Shown here: in pieces, positions 9,498-19,166 of the stretch
Position numbering within the stretch: position 1 is the stretch's first letter
Layout: each line of letters opens with the position of its first letter
Assembly: GCA_021739695.1 (NCBI GenBank)
Contig: JAIPBM010000008.1
Location: forward strand, 37,013-101,012
Length of the DNA: 64,000 bases
Reading direction: 5' to 3'
Source of the DNA: Flavobacteriales bacterium
GTDB lineage: Bacteria; Bacteroidota; Bacteroidia; UBA10329
The notes under the pieces: model-generated
Told to the model about the DNA's origin: nothing
Databases searched by the model: none
The model's input: only the letters and a program-made list of their open reading frames with translations
Program-made: the position numbers and the translations under genes

Positions 9498-10439
9498 ATG
9501 TCAGAAGAATTAGAGAGAAGGAAATGCGTCATTATCGGTTCTGGGCCAGCGGGTTATACTGCGGCCATCTATGCTGCAAGAGCAGACATGAAACCGCTTA
9601 TGTACACTGGTCTTCAACCTGGCGGTCAGTTGACCATCACCACCGAGGTTGACAATTATCCAGGATATCCTGAAGGTGTGGAAGGCCCACAAATGATGGA
9701 AGATCTGCGTAAACAAGCAGAAAGATTTGGCACAGAGATCCGATATGAATTGGTTACTGAAGTTGATTTTACTGGCCCAGTTCATAAGGTGATGATCAAC
9801 GATAAAACCATTTTGGCCGACTCAGTGATCATTGCAACCGGAGCATCAGCTAAATGGCTCGGATTGGAATCTGAGCAAAAATTCAATGGTTTCGGAGTTT
9901 CTGCCTGTGCGGTTTGCGATGGTTTCTTTTACAAAGGACAGGAAGTTGTGATTGTTGGTGCTGGAGATACGGCTGCAGAAGAAGCATCGTACTTGGCTAA
10001 ACTTTGCTCCAAGGTCACCATGCTTATCCGAAGGGATGAAATGCGCGCATCTAAAGCCATGCAGCATCGCGTAGCGAACACACCGAACATCGAAATGCTG
10101 TTCAATCACGAGACGGTTGAAATTGTTGGAGGCAAAGGCGTTGAAGGAGTGAGAGTGAAAAACAACAAAACCAACGAGGAATACACCATTCCGTGTACTG
10201 GATTTTTTGTGGCCATTGGCCATACTCCGAACACAGATATTTTCAAAGGTTGGTTGGATATGGATGAAACAGGTTATTTGATTGTAAAACCAGGCACATC
10301 TAAAACAAAGATTCCTGGGGTGTTTGCAAGTGGAGATGCTGCAGATAAAGTTTACCGACAAGCAGTTACTGCTGCAGGAACCGGATGCATGGCCGCTTTG
10401 GATGCAGAACGCTATTTAACGGAAGAAGGAATTCATTGA
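9498..10439 (+). CDS. trxB: Thioredoxin-disulfide reductase
   Basis: IIGSGPAGYTAAIYAARA, GGQLTITTEVDNYPG, CAVC, YRQAVTAAGTGCMAALDAERYL. Confidence 0.97.
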   Translation: MSEELERRKCVIIGSGPAGYTAAIYAARADMKPLMYTGLQPGGQLTITTEVDNYPGYPEGVEGPQMMEDLRKQAERFGTEIRYELVTEVDFTGPVHKVMINDKTILADSVIIATGASAKWLGLESEQKFNGFGVSACAVCDGFFYKGQEVVIVGAGDTAAEEASYLAKLCSKVTMLIRRDEMRASKAMQHRVANTPNIEMLFNHETVEIVGGKGVEGVRVKNNKTNEEYTIPCTGFFVAIGHTPNTDIFKGWLDMDETGYLIVKPGTSKTKIPGVFASGDAADKVYRQAVTAAGTGCMAALDAERYLTEEGIH

Positions 10440-10461
10440 AAACCTCTTAATAACTCAGAAG

Positions 10462-10491
10462 AAAGGTGTTCTTAACAGGAACACCTTTTTT
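10462..10491 (+). terminator. Intrinsic terminator after trxB
   Basis: AAAGGTGTTC..GAACACCTTTTTT. Confidence 0.7.
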
Positions 10492-10520
10492 GTTTCTTGA
10501 ACTTGGAAAACGAGCGAAGG

Positions 10521-10955
10521 ATGAAGTTCAGATCAGAAGTAGACATTGCAAAGCCGATGGATGAGTTGATAGTGCTCATCCAAGACCCAGAAAACACCTT
10601 AAAGTGGTTGGATGGTCTGCGGTCCGTGAAACACATTTCCGGAGAAATGCGACAGGCTGGTGCAGTCAGTAAGGTTGTTTTTGATTCTCCTGCGGGTAGA
10701 CTACTGATTACTGAAACGGTGATCAGCAACGACCTGCCGCACGAATACATCATGCGATACGAAGGTCCGGGATACATAAGTTACTCGAACTATACTTTCG
10801 AGCAGTTGTCGAAGAATTCAACTCGTTTTATCATGCAGCAGCAAGTGGAACTTAAAGGTGCCCTCAAACTTGCTGGAGGTCTTGTTAAGAGTAAAATGAG
10901 CAGCCAACTTAGTATCAGTGCTCAAAGCTTTAAGCGCTTTGCGGAAAATCAATAG
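10521..10955 (+). CDS. SRPBCC/START-like family protein
   Basis: MKFRSEVDIAKP..DPEN..KWLDGL, ETV..NDLP.EY, C-terminal helix FKRFAE. Start may instead be 10497. Confidence 0.78.
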   Translation: MKFRSEVDIAKPMDELIVLIQDPENTLKWLDGLRSVKHISGEMRQAGAVSKVVFDSPAGRLLITETVISNDLPHEYIMRYEGPGYISYSNYTFEQLSKNSTRFIMQQQVELKGALKLAGGLVKSKMSSQLSISAQSFKRFAENQ

Positions 10956-11527
10956 TAATCGGGCTCATTACCCGCTTTCCACTTGATATTGCAACCTAGG
11001 CTTGGTTTCTGGTCAGCAGTTACCGTTTCGCCCTTTAGCAGTTTATCCAGCACATTTCTGATATCCATTCCATTTACTGGCTCCGAGTTTCCCGGTCGGC
11101 TATTGTCTAGTTGTCCTCGATAGACACAAACATCTTCTGAATTGAAAATGCTGAAATCGGGTGTACAGGCCGCAAAGTATGACTTGGCCACCTCCTGAGT
11201 TTCATCATACAAATAAGGAAATGGGAACTGTTTCTGAATCGCAAGCTCCTTCATGTTCGCAGGTGCATCTTGCGGATAGTTGACCACATCGTTTGAACTG
11301 ATGGCAACAAAACCAATTCCTTTATCCCTGTAGTCATTTCCAATACGGATAAGCTCATCAATAACATGCACAACAAATGGGCAATGATTACAGATGAACA
11401 TGACCAACGTTCCATGTTGTCCTTTAATGCCACCGAAGGAAACAGTTTTGCCCGTGACCACATCCTGAAGTTGAAATTCTGGAGCCTTGTATCCTAATTC
11501 GATTTGTACTGTTGGTGTTCTTGCCAT
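10949..11527 (-). CDS. Thioredoxin-like/redoxin (AhpC/TSA-related) family protein
   Basis: APEFQL.D, VMFICNHCPFV, FPYLYDETQEVA, AACTPDF, YRGQLD, PSLGCNIKW. Confidence 0.9.
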   Translation of the reverse strand: MARTPTVQIELGYKAPEFQLQDVVTGKTVSFGGIKGQHGTLVMFICNHCPFVVHVIDELIRIGNDYRDKGIGFVAISSNDVVNYPQDAPANMKELAIQKQFPFPYLYDETQEVAKSYFAACTPDFSIFNSEDVCVYRGQLDNSRPGNSEPVNGMDIRNVLDKLLKGETVTADQKPSLGCNIKWKAGNEPDYY

Positions 11528-11539
11528 GCCATAAAAATA

Positions 11540-11568
11540 AAAAGGGTGGCAAAATTTGCCACCCTTTT
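11540..11568 (-). terminator. Intrinsic terminator hairpin after the T9SS cargo gene
   Basis: AAAAGGGTGGCAAA-A-TTTGCCACCCTTTT. Confidence 0.7.
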
Positions 11569-11588
11569 AAAATCATTCAATTGGAAGA

Positions 11589-14500
11589 TTATTCCTTGAT
11601 CAACTTCTTAGTAGTTGATGCTGAACCGTCATCCAACTTCAAGAAATACATACCGCTGGCCAAACCTGATAGGTCAACGGTTTTTCTCAATCCACTTGAA
11701 ATTGAACCTGTGTTAGCAGCATAAACCAACTTACCGTTCATATCCAAGATCTGAAGCGTCAGTCCATTGCTGTTGCCAGTGATGTCAAGCACAATCTCTC
11801 CTCGAGTTGGGTTTGGATAAACTTCAACACTTAGGTTTTCAAATTCTGCCACTCCTGCACATGCATCAACAGTCAGAACAAAAGAATTACTTACCCCTGT
11901 GCAACCATCCTGATCGACAGTTACATAAATCTCGTGCGTACCTAGACCTAGTACATTACCATATAGGTCAATGCTCTGTGTATTGTTTCCTGTACTCCAC
12001 AGATAAGAATCGTAAGTAGACGCGCTAACTGTAAGAACTTGTGTAATACAAATACTAGTATCTGAAAATGCCAGCTCGGGAGTTGGACTATAATCCACAA
12101 AGGTCATAGACCAGCTCATCAAGGTGCCCTCATCACCTCCAGTATCGTCTCTGACAAATAGAGTCCAAGCTCCATTTGGATCTTGACCATTGTAAAGACC
12201 AGCAAATCCTAATGAATCTTCGGTGTGATACACTCCAGGCATGATATCATCTGTCTGCAACGTAATGTCATTAGAAGATGTGTCCGAGAACACAACGTTT
12301 GACATATCATTCAAAGACCCACCGTTATCTGTTGAAAGCTCTACAGTATCTCCGGCAGGAGAAATCAAATATATATCAAGGTCAGAAAGCCAAGTATGCT
12401 GAATCGAATCAATACTTAAGCTTTCAATCTGCAAACATCCATTCAATGAAGCTGGAAGGCCACAGAAGAATATCTCAGAAGACGTTCCTTGCGGAATGTT
12501 GCTACTGATCGGCAATCCAGGCATCTCAGTTTGACTCAATGGAGTAGATTCTCCGAAATTGACCACTTCATTTGCGAATAGCGTATCAGAAGCCAGGTTT
12601 TCATCTCCCGCAAGGGCAGTAAAAACATCAATTTGGTAGGTTCCCTCAGTACTAAGATCTGCAAGTTCCGTACTGAATGTATAGGTAACAGTATCGCCAG
12701 TGGCTACTGAACCTGTATAGGTTTCTGTCTGAGCACTTCCTACTAGAGGAATTGACCCACTATTAACAATGAATCCAACTTCAAAGTTTGAAACCGTTTG
12801 TAGTCCCTTGTTCCAGAATGTGAAACTCACTGATTCCTCGCCCAAAGAACATCCATCTTGAGGTCCTTCAAAAGAAAGAGCAACCAGATCCAATTGAGCC
12901 TGCGGACGAATATTGATATCATCTACTGCAAAACCTTCGAAGAAGCTGGCAAAATCATCAGCACTGAATACGAATCGAACACTCACTTCAGAACTTCCAG
13001 CAACTCCTTCAAGAATGTGTTCAGCAGTAATCCAATCACCATTTCCACCTGACTGACCATCCCAACCTTGGGTAACGAACGCATTATAGAATACATCCTG
13101 TGTATACCAGTTTTCTCCTTCTCCTACGTTTCCAAGGATGTTCCAAGTTGTTCCACCATCTGCAGATACTTCCATCCATGCGGCATCGAATTGCTGTTCA
13201 GCATCAAACTGAATAGCAAAACTGATAACAGGATCATCGTTGATTCCACTGAAATCGAAACACGGAGATGTGAGGACAGAAAATTGAAGATCAGAATAAT
13301 TCAAGGTATTCAGATTGGTTGCCCATGCATTCACACCACTAAATGCAGTATCAATGATGATTCCTTCTGGATCACCAAGTTCCCATGCATTTGGCACTCC
13401 AACCGATCTCCAACCTCCTGTACCAGATTCAAAATCTTGAGTATATGGCAAGGAACTGATAGTAGGAACACTTGTTACAACTACAGAAGATGTGTCGTTT
13501 GATGTGTCACCATCACCAACTGTCGATACCCAAACTGCAAAATCATAATCGGCATTCACACTCAGATCAAGTGTAGTTGAAAGTGTAAGATTCACACTTC
13601 CTCCAACTGCCAATGTCTGATTGAAAACCTCTGTCACTACTGGACCATTATCGAATGAATACGAAACCACCACAGAATCCATATCGATAGATCCAAGGTT
13701 TGAAACCGTCACAGAAATTGCTTCGGTTGCAGTCAATCCGCAACTTGAAACTGGGCTGTTGATAGCAAAAAGCGATCCGTTGATAGGCGGTTGCTCTGAT
13801 ATGCTGATATCATCGACTCCAAAACCATCATAATTCAGGGAAATGTCAGAACTGAACGCAAATCTGATTTTAACAGACCCTTGTCCTGCAGCACCATCCA
13901 ACAAATGCTTGGCATTTCTCCAAACTGTTGGTGCTCCTGATGTTCCATTCCATTCATTGTTGTCGCCATCATTGTACCAGTTCTCACCTTCACCAGCAAC
14001 GCCTAAGAGAGTCCATGTGGTTCCTCCATCGAATGAAATTTCTACATATCCTTGATCGCAACATTCTTCTGTCTCATAAATATGAGCAAACTCTAAAATA
14101 GGATCGATTGTCAACGCAGAGAAGTCGAAACATGGGGATTCTAAATATGAGTCTTCATTGATGACATAAGCACCTGCAAGATTGGTTACCCATGCATTTA
14201 CACCACTGTTAGCTGTGTCAACAAAAGCTCCCTGAGGATCACCAAGCTCCCAAGTGCTTGCAGTACCTCCAGTGGTCCATCCACCAGCACCTGATTCAAA
14301 ATCTTCAGTGTAAGGCAACGCGCTTACAACCGGAACACTTGTTACTAAGACAAAAAGTGAATCGTTCAACAAATCTCCATCTCCAGCGACCACTGTCCAA
14401 GCTCCGAAATCATATCCAGCAGCTACAGCAAGATCAACTGGAACACTGAACGTGAATGTATCAACTGTAGCAGAGAATAGTGTGTCAGTTATCATCTCGC

Positions 14501-16067
14501 TCACTACACCACTACCAGCATCATATTCAACTGAAAAATCTACAAGGTCAGCGTCTCCAAAATTCTGGATGACAACGGTTACGTTCTCAACTCCCAAACC
14601 ACAACCTGTTGTTGGCGAAATAATTTCTACAACACCTGCATTTACTGAAGGTTGCTCAAATATTTCCACATCATCAAACGCAAATCCATCATCCGCTCCT
14701 GAAATATCTGAATGAAAGAACACTCTCACTTTAACAGAAGATGAACCTGCAGCGCCATCTAGCAAATGTGTAGCTGTAGTCCATTCATCAGCACCTCCAA
14801 ACGGAGCATCCCACCAATCAAGGTCAAAATTGGCTCCGTGTTCATCAGCATTGTTGTACCAATTTGTTCCTTCGCCCAAGCTTCCAACTGTAGTCCAAGT
14901 GGCTCCAGCATCCGTAGAAAGTTCTATCCAAGTTCCATCCCAACCAAGTTCTGAACGGCCAATGAAAGCAAAACGGAAAACCGGATCAACAGACAATGAT
15001 GAAAAGTCCATACAAGGTGATTCAACATATTGATCAGAGCTGTTCTGGTATTGTCCTGTTAAATTCGTAACCCAAGCGTTCACGCCAGAATTGGCTGTAC
15101 TGATAAAAGCTGTTGCAGGAGTTCCTAGTTGCCAATCGTTCAATATTCCTCCAGATACCCAGCCACCTGAACCATTTTCAAAATCTTCTGAATAAGGAAG
15201 CGAAGCAATGACAGGAATGTTATCAAATGAGAAATGAACCGTATCGTTGTTCGGCTCCAAATCATCGGTCAGCGTTACCCATGCCGTAAAATCATACGTT
15301 CCAACCACAGAAACGTCAGCAGGAACTGAAAAAGTCAAAGTATCAGTTTGACCTGGAGCAATTTCCACTGTAAACGACTCAGTTTCGGTTGTTGCTCCAA
15401 CCATATACGAACCGTCAATGGCAAAAATGGTATCCAAACCATTGTTGTAAACTGAAACTGCAACTGATTCGCTACCGAGCCCACATCCCGTTACAGGACC
15501 AACTGCACTTGTAAGTTCTGCATCGTCAACTGGTGGCAGAAATACATTTACGGCATCCAAACCTATTGCGTAACCATAGCTTATGTATCCATCAAATCTA
15601 AGCTTCGAATTGGCAGTTGTCGATGCAAAATCATTCAAGTTGTACTCAACTTCTTGGTATGCACCAACATTAGCATACAAACTATCAATCAGCGTCCACG
15701 TTGCGCCATTATCTACCGACAATCGAACCGCAAGTGTATTCTGATCTCCTAACCAGTTTGGATGGACATGTGCAAATGACAGTTTATAGCCTCCTGCGCT
15801 GAGGTCTAAAGTAGGTGAAACGAGCGAAGTGCGATCTCCAGAATAGTCAGCATAATAAAAGTGAGCAGCAGAATCACCTTCGAAGCTGGCTGCACTTGGC
15901 CCAAGCGTAATATTGGTCGGGTCGTTGACCCAATCAAGGGTTCCAACTATGTATTCCTGAGTGAATTGATCTGCGACACCGTTTTCAAAATCTTCAAAGA
16001 AGACGCTCTGCGCAAAGGACTGTGCCGTGATCAAGAGCAAACATGCGATCGTAAATATGTGTTTCAT
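11589..16067 (-). CDS. Large acidic T9SS type A CTD protein with repeated jelly-roll/Ig-like modules and a proprotein-convertase P-like domain
   Basis: Signal MKHIF..SFAQ; 3x LPY.EDFE.G.GGW..WELG.P..TANSGVNAW.TNL..SPC.DFS; HTWLSDLDIYLISPAG..NGAWTL.V.D (P domain); VYPNPT..GMYFLKL..KKLIKE CTD. Confidence 0.88.
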   Translation of the reverse strand: MKHIFTIACLLLITAQSFAQSVFFEDFENGVADQFTQEYIVGTLDWVNDPTNITLGPSAASFEGDSAAHFYYADYSGDRTSLVSPTLDLSAGGYKLSFAHVHPNWLGDQNTLAVRLSVDNGATWTLIDSLYANVGAYQEVEYNLNDFASTTANSKLRFDGYISYGYAIGLDAVNVFLPPVDDAELTSAVGPVTGCGLGSESVAVSVYNNGLDTIFAIDGSYMVGATTETESFTVEIAPGQTDTLTFSVPADVSVVGTYDFTAWVTLTDDLEPNNDTVHFSFDNIPVIASLPYSEDFENGSGGWVSGGILNDWQLGTPATAFISTANSGVNAWVTNLTGQYQNSSDQYVESPCMDFSSLSVDPVFRFAFIGRSELGWDGTWIELSTDAGATWTTVGSLGEGTNWYNNADEHGANFDLDWWDAPFGGADEWTTATHLLDGAAGSSSVKVRVFFHSDISGADDGFAFDDVEIFEQPSVNAGVVEIISPTTGCGLGVENVTVVIQNFGDADLVDFSVEYDAGSGVVSEMITDTLFSATVDTFTFSVPVDLAVAAGYDFGAWTVVAGDGDLLNDSLFVLVTSVPVVSALPYTEDFESGAGGWTTGGTASTWELGDPQGAFVDTANSGVNAWVTNLAGAYVINEDSYLESPCFDFSALTIDPILEFAHIYETEECCDQGYVEISFDGGTTWTLLGVAGEGENWYNDGDNNEWNGTSGAPTVWRNAKHLLDGAAGQGSVKIRFAFSSDISLNYDGFGVDDISISEQPPINGSLFAINSPVSSCGLTATEAISVTVSNLGSIDMDSVVVSYSFDNGPVVTEVFNQTLAVGGSVNLTLSTTLDLSVNADYDFAVWVSTVGDGDTSNDTSSVVVTSVPTISSLPYTQDFESGTGGWRSVGVPNAWELGDPEGIIIDTAFSGVNAWATNLNTLNYSDLQFSVLTSPCFDFSGINDDPVISFAIQFDAEQQFDAAWMEVSADGGTTWNILGNVGEGENWYTQDVFYNAFVTQGWDGQSGGNGDWITAEHILEGVAGSSEVSVRFVFSADDFASFFEGFAVDDINIRPQAQLDLVALSFEGPQDGCSLGEESVSFTFWNKGLQTVSNFEVGFIVNSGSIPLVGSAQTETYTGSVATGDTVTYTFSTELADLSTEGTYQIDVFTALAGDENLASDTLFANEVVNFGESTPLSQTEMPGLPISSNIPQGTSSEIFFCGLPASLNGCLQIESLSIDSIQHTWLSDLDIYLISPAGDTVELSTDNGGSLNDMSNVVFSDTSSNDITLQTDDIMPGVYHTEDSLGFAGLYNGQDPNGAWTLFVRDDTGGDEGTLMSWSMTFVDYSPTPELAFSDTSICITQVLTVSASTYDSYLWSTGNNTQSIDLYGNVLGLGTHEIYVTVDQDGCTGVSNSFVLTVDACAGVAEFENLSVEVYPNPTRGEIVLDITGNSNGLTLQILDMNGKLVYAANTGSISSGLRKTVDLSGLASGMYFLKLDDGSASTTKKLIKE

Positions 16068-16180
16068 GCGATTATGGGTTATGGTAATAATTAGAATCAA
16101 CGAAGGTAGGCAAAGGCAGCTACGCAAATCACATAGAACAACAGATTATTATCAACTTTGGTCAGAATTCAGACCAACGG

Positions 16181-17032
16181 TCAGTCTTCCGCCTGCTTCT
16201 CTTTTCCTGACTTCTTTTTCGACTTCCGATCCTTCTTAACTAGCGGTTGCGAATTGAAAAAGTATCGAACATCAAAGGTGAGGTAACTTCCATTGAGGGC
16301 AATTCCCTGAACTGAAGAAGCGTAATTGATACTCTCGTCCAAATACTGGAACTTACTTTGATAAATATTTGCAAACGGAACGTGATACGTAGCTCCCAAA
16401 TAAAAATAGCCTGCCTTTTTAGTCCGATACTCAGCACCCAGATTAGCAATGGCACCTCCGTGAATGAATCCATCAGGGCCTGGTTTACCATCAAACCCTA
16501 ACCGAAGTGATGAGTGCTTGAAATATTGATCGCTCGGATTGTTTTCTCGATCAGAAGTGAAAATATCTGATGGGAAAAAAGTCAACTGAAAACCTCCTGC
16601 AGCGTTCATAAATACGCGTTCTGCCAATCGCACAAAAACAAGAAGCTTTATAGGGTGTTCGTAACCTACAATAGTAAAGTCGGTTTTGCTTTTGAACTCA
16701 GGGCTTCCTGGGTTTATTCCATCGCCTGATGTTGCATCGCGATGAATTGTCAGATTGTAGTTACGTTGCACAAAATTTATTCCTGTTTCCAAGGCCAGTC
16801 GCTTACTGAAACCATAGCGGATGGTCATGCCCGCAGAGAAACTGAATTTAGGAGCAACCAGCACGCTGAAATCGGCATTGGAAGTAGATTGACTGCCCGT
16901 TTTCAGGAAATCTACCGGAAAAATGGGACGGAACTCGAAACCGGCCGTGAGCGTTTGTGGAAACTTTTCATCCTGCGCTTGGCTGTTCAGAACACCTACA
17001 AGCAAACAAATAAAGACCAGCACTTTTCGCAT
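16181..17032 (-). CDS. Outer-membrane beta-barrel protein (PorT/OMP-like)
   Basis: Signal MRKVLVF..SQAQ; amphipathic strands, ALETGINFVQRNY, YLTFDVRYFF, then a Lys-rich tail. Confidence 0.65.
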   Translation of the reverse strand: MRKVLVFICLLVGVLNSQAQDEKFPQTLTAGFEFRPIFPVDFLKTGSQSTSNADFSVLVAPKFSFSAGMTIRYGFSKRLALETGINFVQRNYNLTIHRDATSGDGINPGSPEFKSKTDFTIVGYEHPIKLLVFVRLAERVFMNAAGGFQLTFFPSDIFTSDRENNPSDQYFKHSSLRLGFDGKPGPDGFIHGGAIANLGAEYRTKKAGYFYLGATYHVPFANIYQSKFQYLDESINYASSVQGIALNGSYLTFDVRYFFNSQPLVKKDRKSKKKSGKEKQAED

Positions 17033-17131
17033 GCCCAAAGTTACTACGACCGTTTGATTCAACCCTTACCTAACGCGGAGATGTGATAAAACTTACATTT
17101 CGTGGTATAAACATCGTTTATTTCGCAGCGC

Positions 17132-17290
17132 ATGAATTGGGGATTATTCGCATTTGTTGTTGCTTTTTTGGCCTGGATATCAGCCAACTACCATAGACGC
17201 AGAGGGTATTTCTTTTGGAGAACATTCATTATGGCGTGCATGGGTTTTGCTGGTCTCGGCCTCATGCTTTATGGTCTATACACCAAATAA
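17132..17290 (+). CDS. Small 52-aa two-TM membrane protein (below the ORF-track cutoff)
   Basis: MNWGLFAFVVAFLAWISANYHRRRGYFFWRTFIMACMGFAGLGLMLYGLYTK*; two hydrophobic helices around a basic loop; promoter-like TACATTTCG upstream. Confidence 0.55.
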   Translation: MNWGLFAFVVAFLAWISANYHRRRGYFFWRTFIMACMGFAGLGLMLYGLYTK

Positions 17291-17387
17291 AATATTGTTT
17301 ATAAACCTGTTGATACCGAATCTTCACTTTTCGAATCGGCATGACATCGAGTTATATTTTGGCCAATTCTAACCAACAAGATACTTT

Positions 17388-19067
17388 ATGCTAAAATCAA
17401 TCAAACTATTTATCCTAATTACTTTGCCTTTTGGTCTTTTCGGTCAACAGACAACAGGCCTTTTTGAGTACGACTGGCATGCAGAAGAAGGCTTCATTTT
17501 ATGGGGCCCAATTTTTTCGAGAAGTCAGTATTTAATGAACAACTGTGGCGAAATAGTCCACACTTGGGAGGATGACACCGTTTCATTAGGCAACTCCATC
17601 TACTTGCTTGAAAACGGGACGCTTCTCAGATGCGCGAAGGCTGACACTGCTATTAGCTGTCCTATTGGTGCCGGAGGTGGCAGCGAACGAATTCAGAAAG
17701 TAGATTGGGATGGCAATGTAACTTGGGATTTCATCTATTATGACATGCAAAAGCGGCTCCATCATGATATCGAACTGCTTCCAAACGGCAACATATTAGC
17801 TATTGCGTGGGTACGAAAAGACATGCCTACATGCATACAGGCAGGCAGAAATCCTGGCACGTTGAGTTATGGCGAACTCTACAACGAACGCATCATAGAA
17901 ATTGAACCAACCGGGCCACACACAGGAAATGTTGTCTGGCAATGGGACCTTTGGGATCATCTGGTGCAAGACTTTGATAACACCAAGGATAATTTCGGTG
18001 TCATTGCAGATCATCCAGAGCTTCTCAACGTCAATTGGCTTAACGAGAATGAAGCCGTGCCTGGCCAAAGTGATTTCATCCACCTAAATGCTATCGACTA
18101 TAATGCAGAGCTTGACCAGATAGTGCTTAGCTCACAGATTCTAAGCGAAATCTGGATCATTGACCATAGTACAACAACTCAAGAAGCCGCTAGTCATGCT
18201 GGAGGAACGTATGGGAAAGGAGGAGACTTTCTGTACCGATACGGAAACCCTCAAGTATACAACAGAGGAGATGCTACAGACCAGAAACTTTGGAGACAAC
18301 ACGATGCTCATTGGATAGAATCTGGATTGGCAGATGAAGGTGGAATTATGATATTTAACAATGGACTAGACAGGCCTGTTTCATTTTCAGAAATTGATGT
18401 GGTCATGCCTCCTCAGACCTCGCCAGGAGTTTACGAGCTTGCCGCTGGCGAATCTTATGGTCCGACTGAAACGGTTTGGAATTATCACGCTTCTGATTCC
18501 GTTAGTTTCTATTCTTATTTTATTTCTGGGGCAGGTAGATTACCAAACGGAAATACGCTCATCTGTGAAGGGAACAAAGGAAAATTGTTTGAAGTTACAT
18601 ATGATGGACAGAAAGTTTGGGAATACGTAAACCCTGTCACTGTGAACGGAATCATAAGTTCCACTGATCCAATTCCAATGGCTGGAGGAGGCGCCTTTCA
18701 GGGAAACATCGTTTTCCGAGCTGAAAAGTATGCCGTTGATTTTCCTGGATTTGCAGGGCACGATCTGAGTACCGGTATTCAACTTGAAGCAAATCCTATT
18801 ATTTCAAACTGCTTTGTAGGATTAGAAGATTTCGATGCTAGCAAAGAATTCAGCATTTACCCGAACCCGACCACAGACCAATTAACGCTTGAGAACATGA
18901 ATGGAGCAAACATTAGTATCTATAATGTCTCTGGACAACTAGTAATGACAGAGCGCGTAACGTCTGAACAATTCCAATTCGAATTGCTTGATAAAACTGC
19001 TGGCATATACGCTGTTCGAATTGAATTGAACGGCAAAACGATCGTCAAGAAATTGATGGTGCAATAA
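17388..19067 (+). CDS. Aryl-sulfate sulfotransferase-like beta-propeller with T9SS type A CTD
   Basis: LHHDIELLPNGNIL, WQWDLWDHL, DFIHLNAIDYN, YRYGNPQ.Y, QHDAHWI, RLPNGNTLICEG, VFRAEKY; IYPNPT CTD. Confidence 0.85.
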   Translation: MLKSIKLFILITLPFGLFGQQTTGLFEYDWHAEEGFILWGPIFSRSQYLMNNCGEIVHTWEDDTVSLGNSIYLLENGTLLRCAKADTAISCPIGAGGGSERIQKVDWDGNVTWDFIYYDMQKRLHHDIELLPNGNILAIAWVRKDMPTCIQAGRNPGTLSYGELYNERIIEIEPTGPHTGNVVWQWDLWDHLVQDFDNTKDNFGVIADHPELLNVNWLNENEAVPGQSDFIHLNAIDYNAELDQIVLSSQILSEIWIIDHSTTTQEAASHAGGTYGKGGDFLYRYGNPQVYNRGDATDQKLWRQHDAHWIESGLADEGGIMIFNNGLDRPVSFSEIDVVMPPQTSPGVYELAAGESYGPTETVWNYHASDSVSFYSYFISGAGRLPNGNTLICEGNKGKLFEVTYDGQKVWEYVNPVTVNGIISSTDPIPMAGGGAFQGNIVFRAEKYAVDFPGFAGHDLSTGIQLEANPIISNCFVGLEDFDASKEFSIYPNPTTDQLTLENMNGANISIYNVSGQLVMTERVTSEQFQFELLDKTAGIYAVRIELNGKTIVKKLMVQ

Positions 19068-19087
19068 CCCTTTTCGAACAATCTGGC

Positions 19088-19123
19088 AAAGGCCCATCGC
19101 AGCTGCGATGGGCCTTTCTTTTT
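19088..19123 (+). terminator. Intrinsic terminator
   Basis: AAAGGCCCATCGCAG/CTGCGATGGGCCTTT followed by a T-run. Confidence 0.8.
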
Positions 19124-19166
19124 GGTTCAGTAAAATTTACGTATTTCGTAGCGCAACAACCCCAAC

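Noticed and set aside
17154-17372. 72-aa TTG-start ORF in the track
   Set aside because: It overlaps a more plausible ATG-initiated 52-aa two-TM ORF in another frame.
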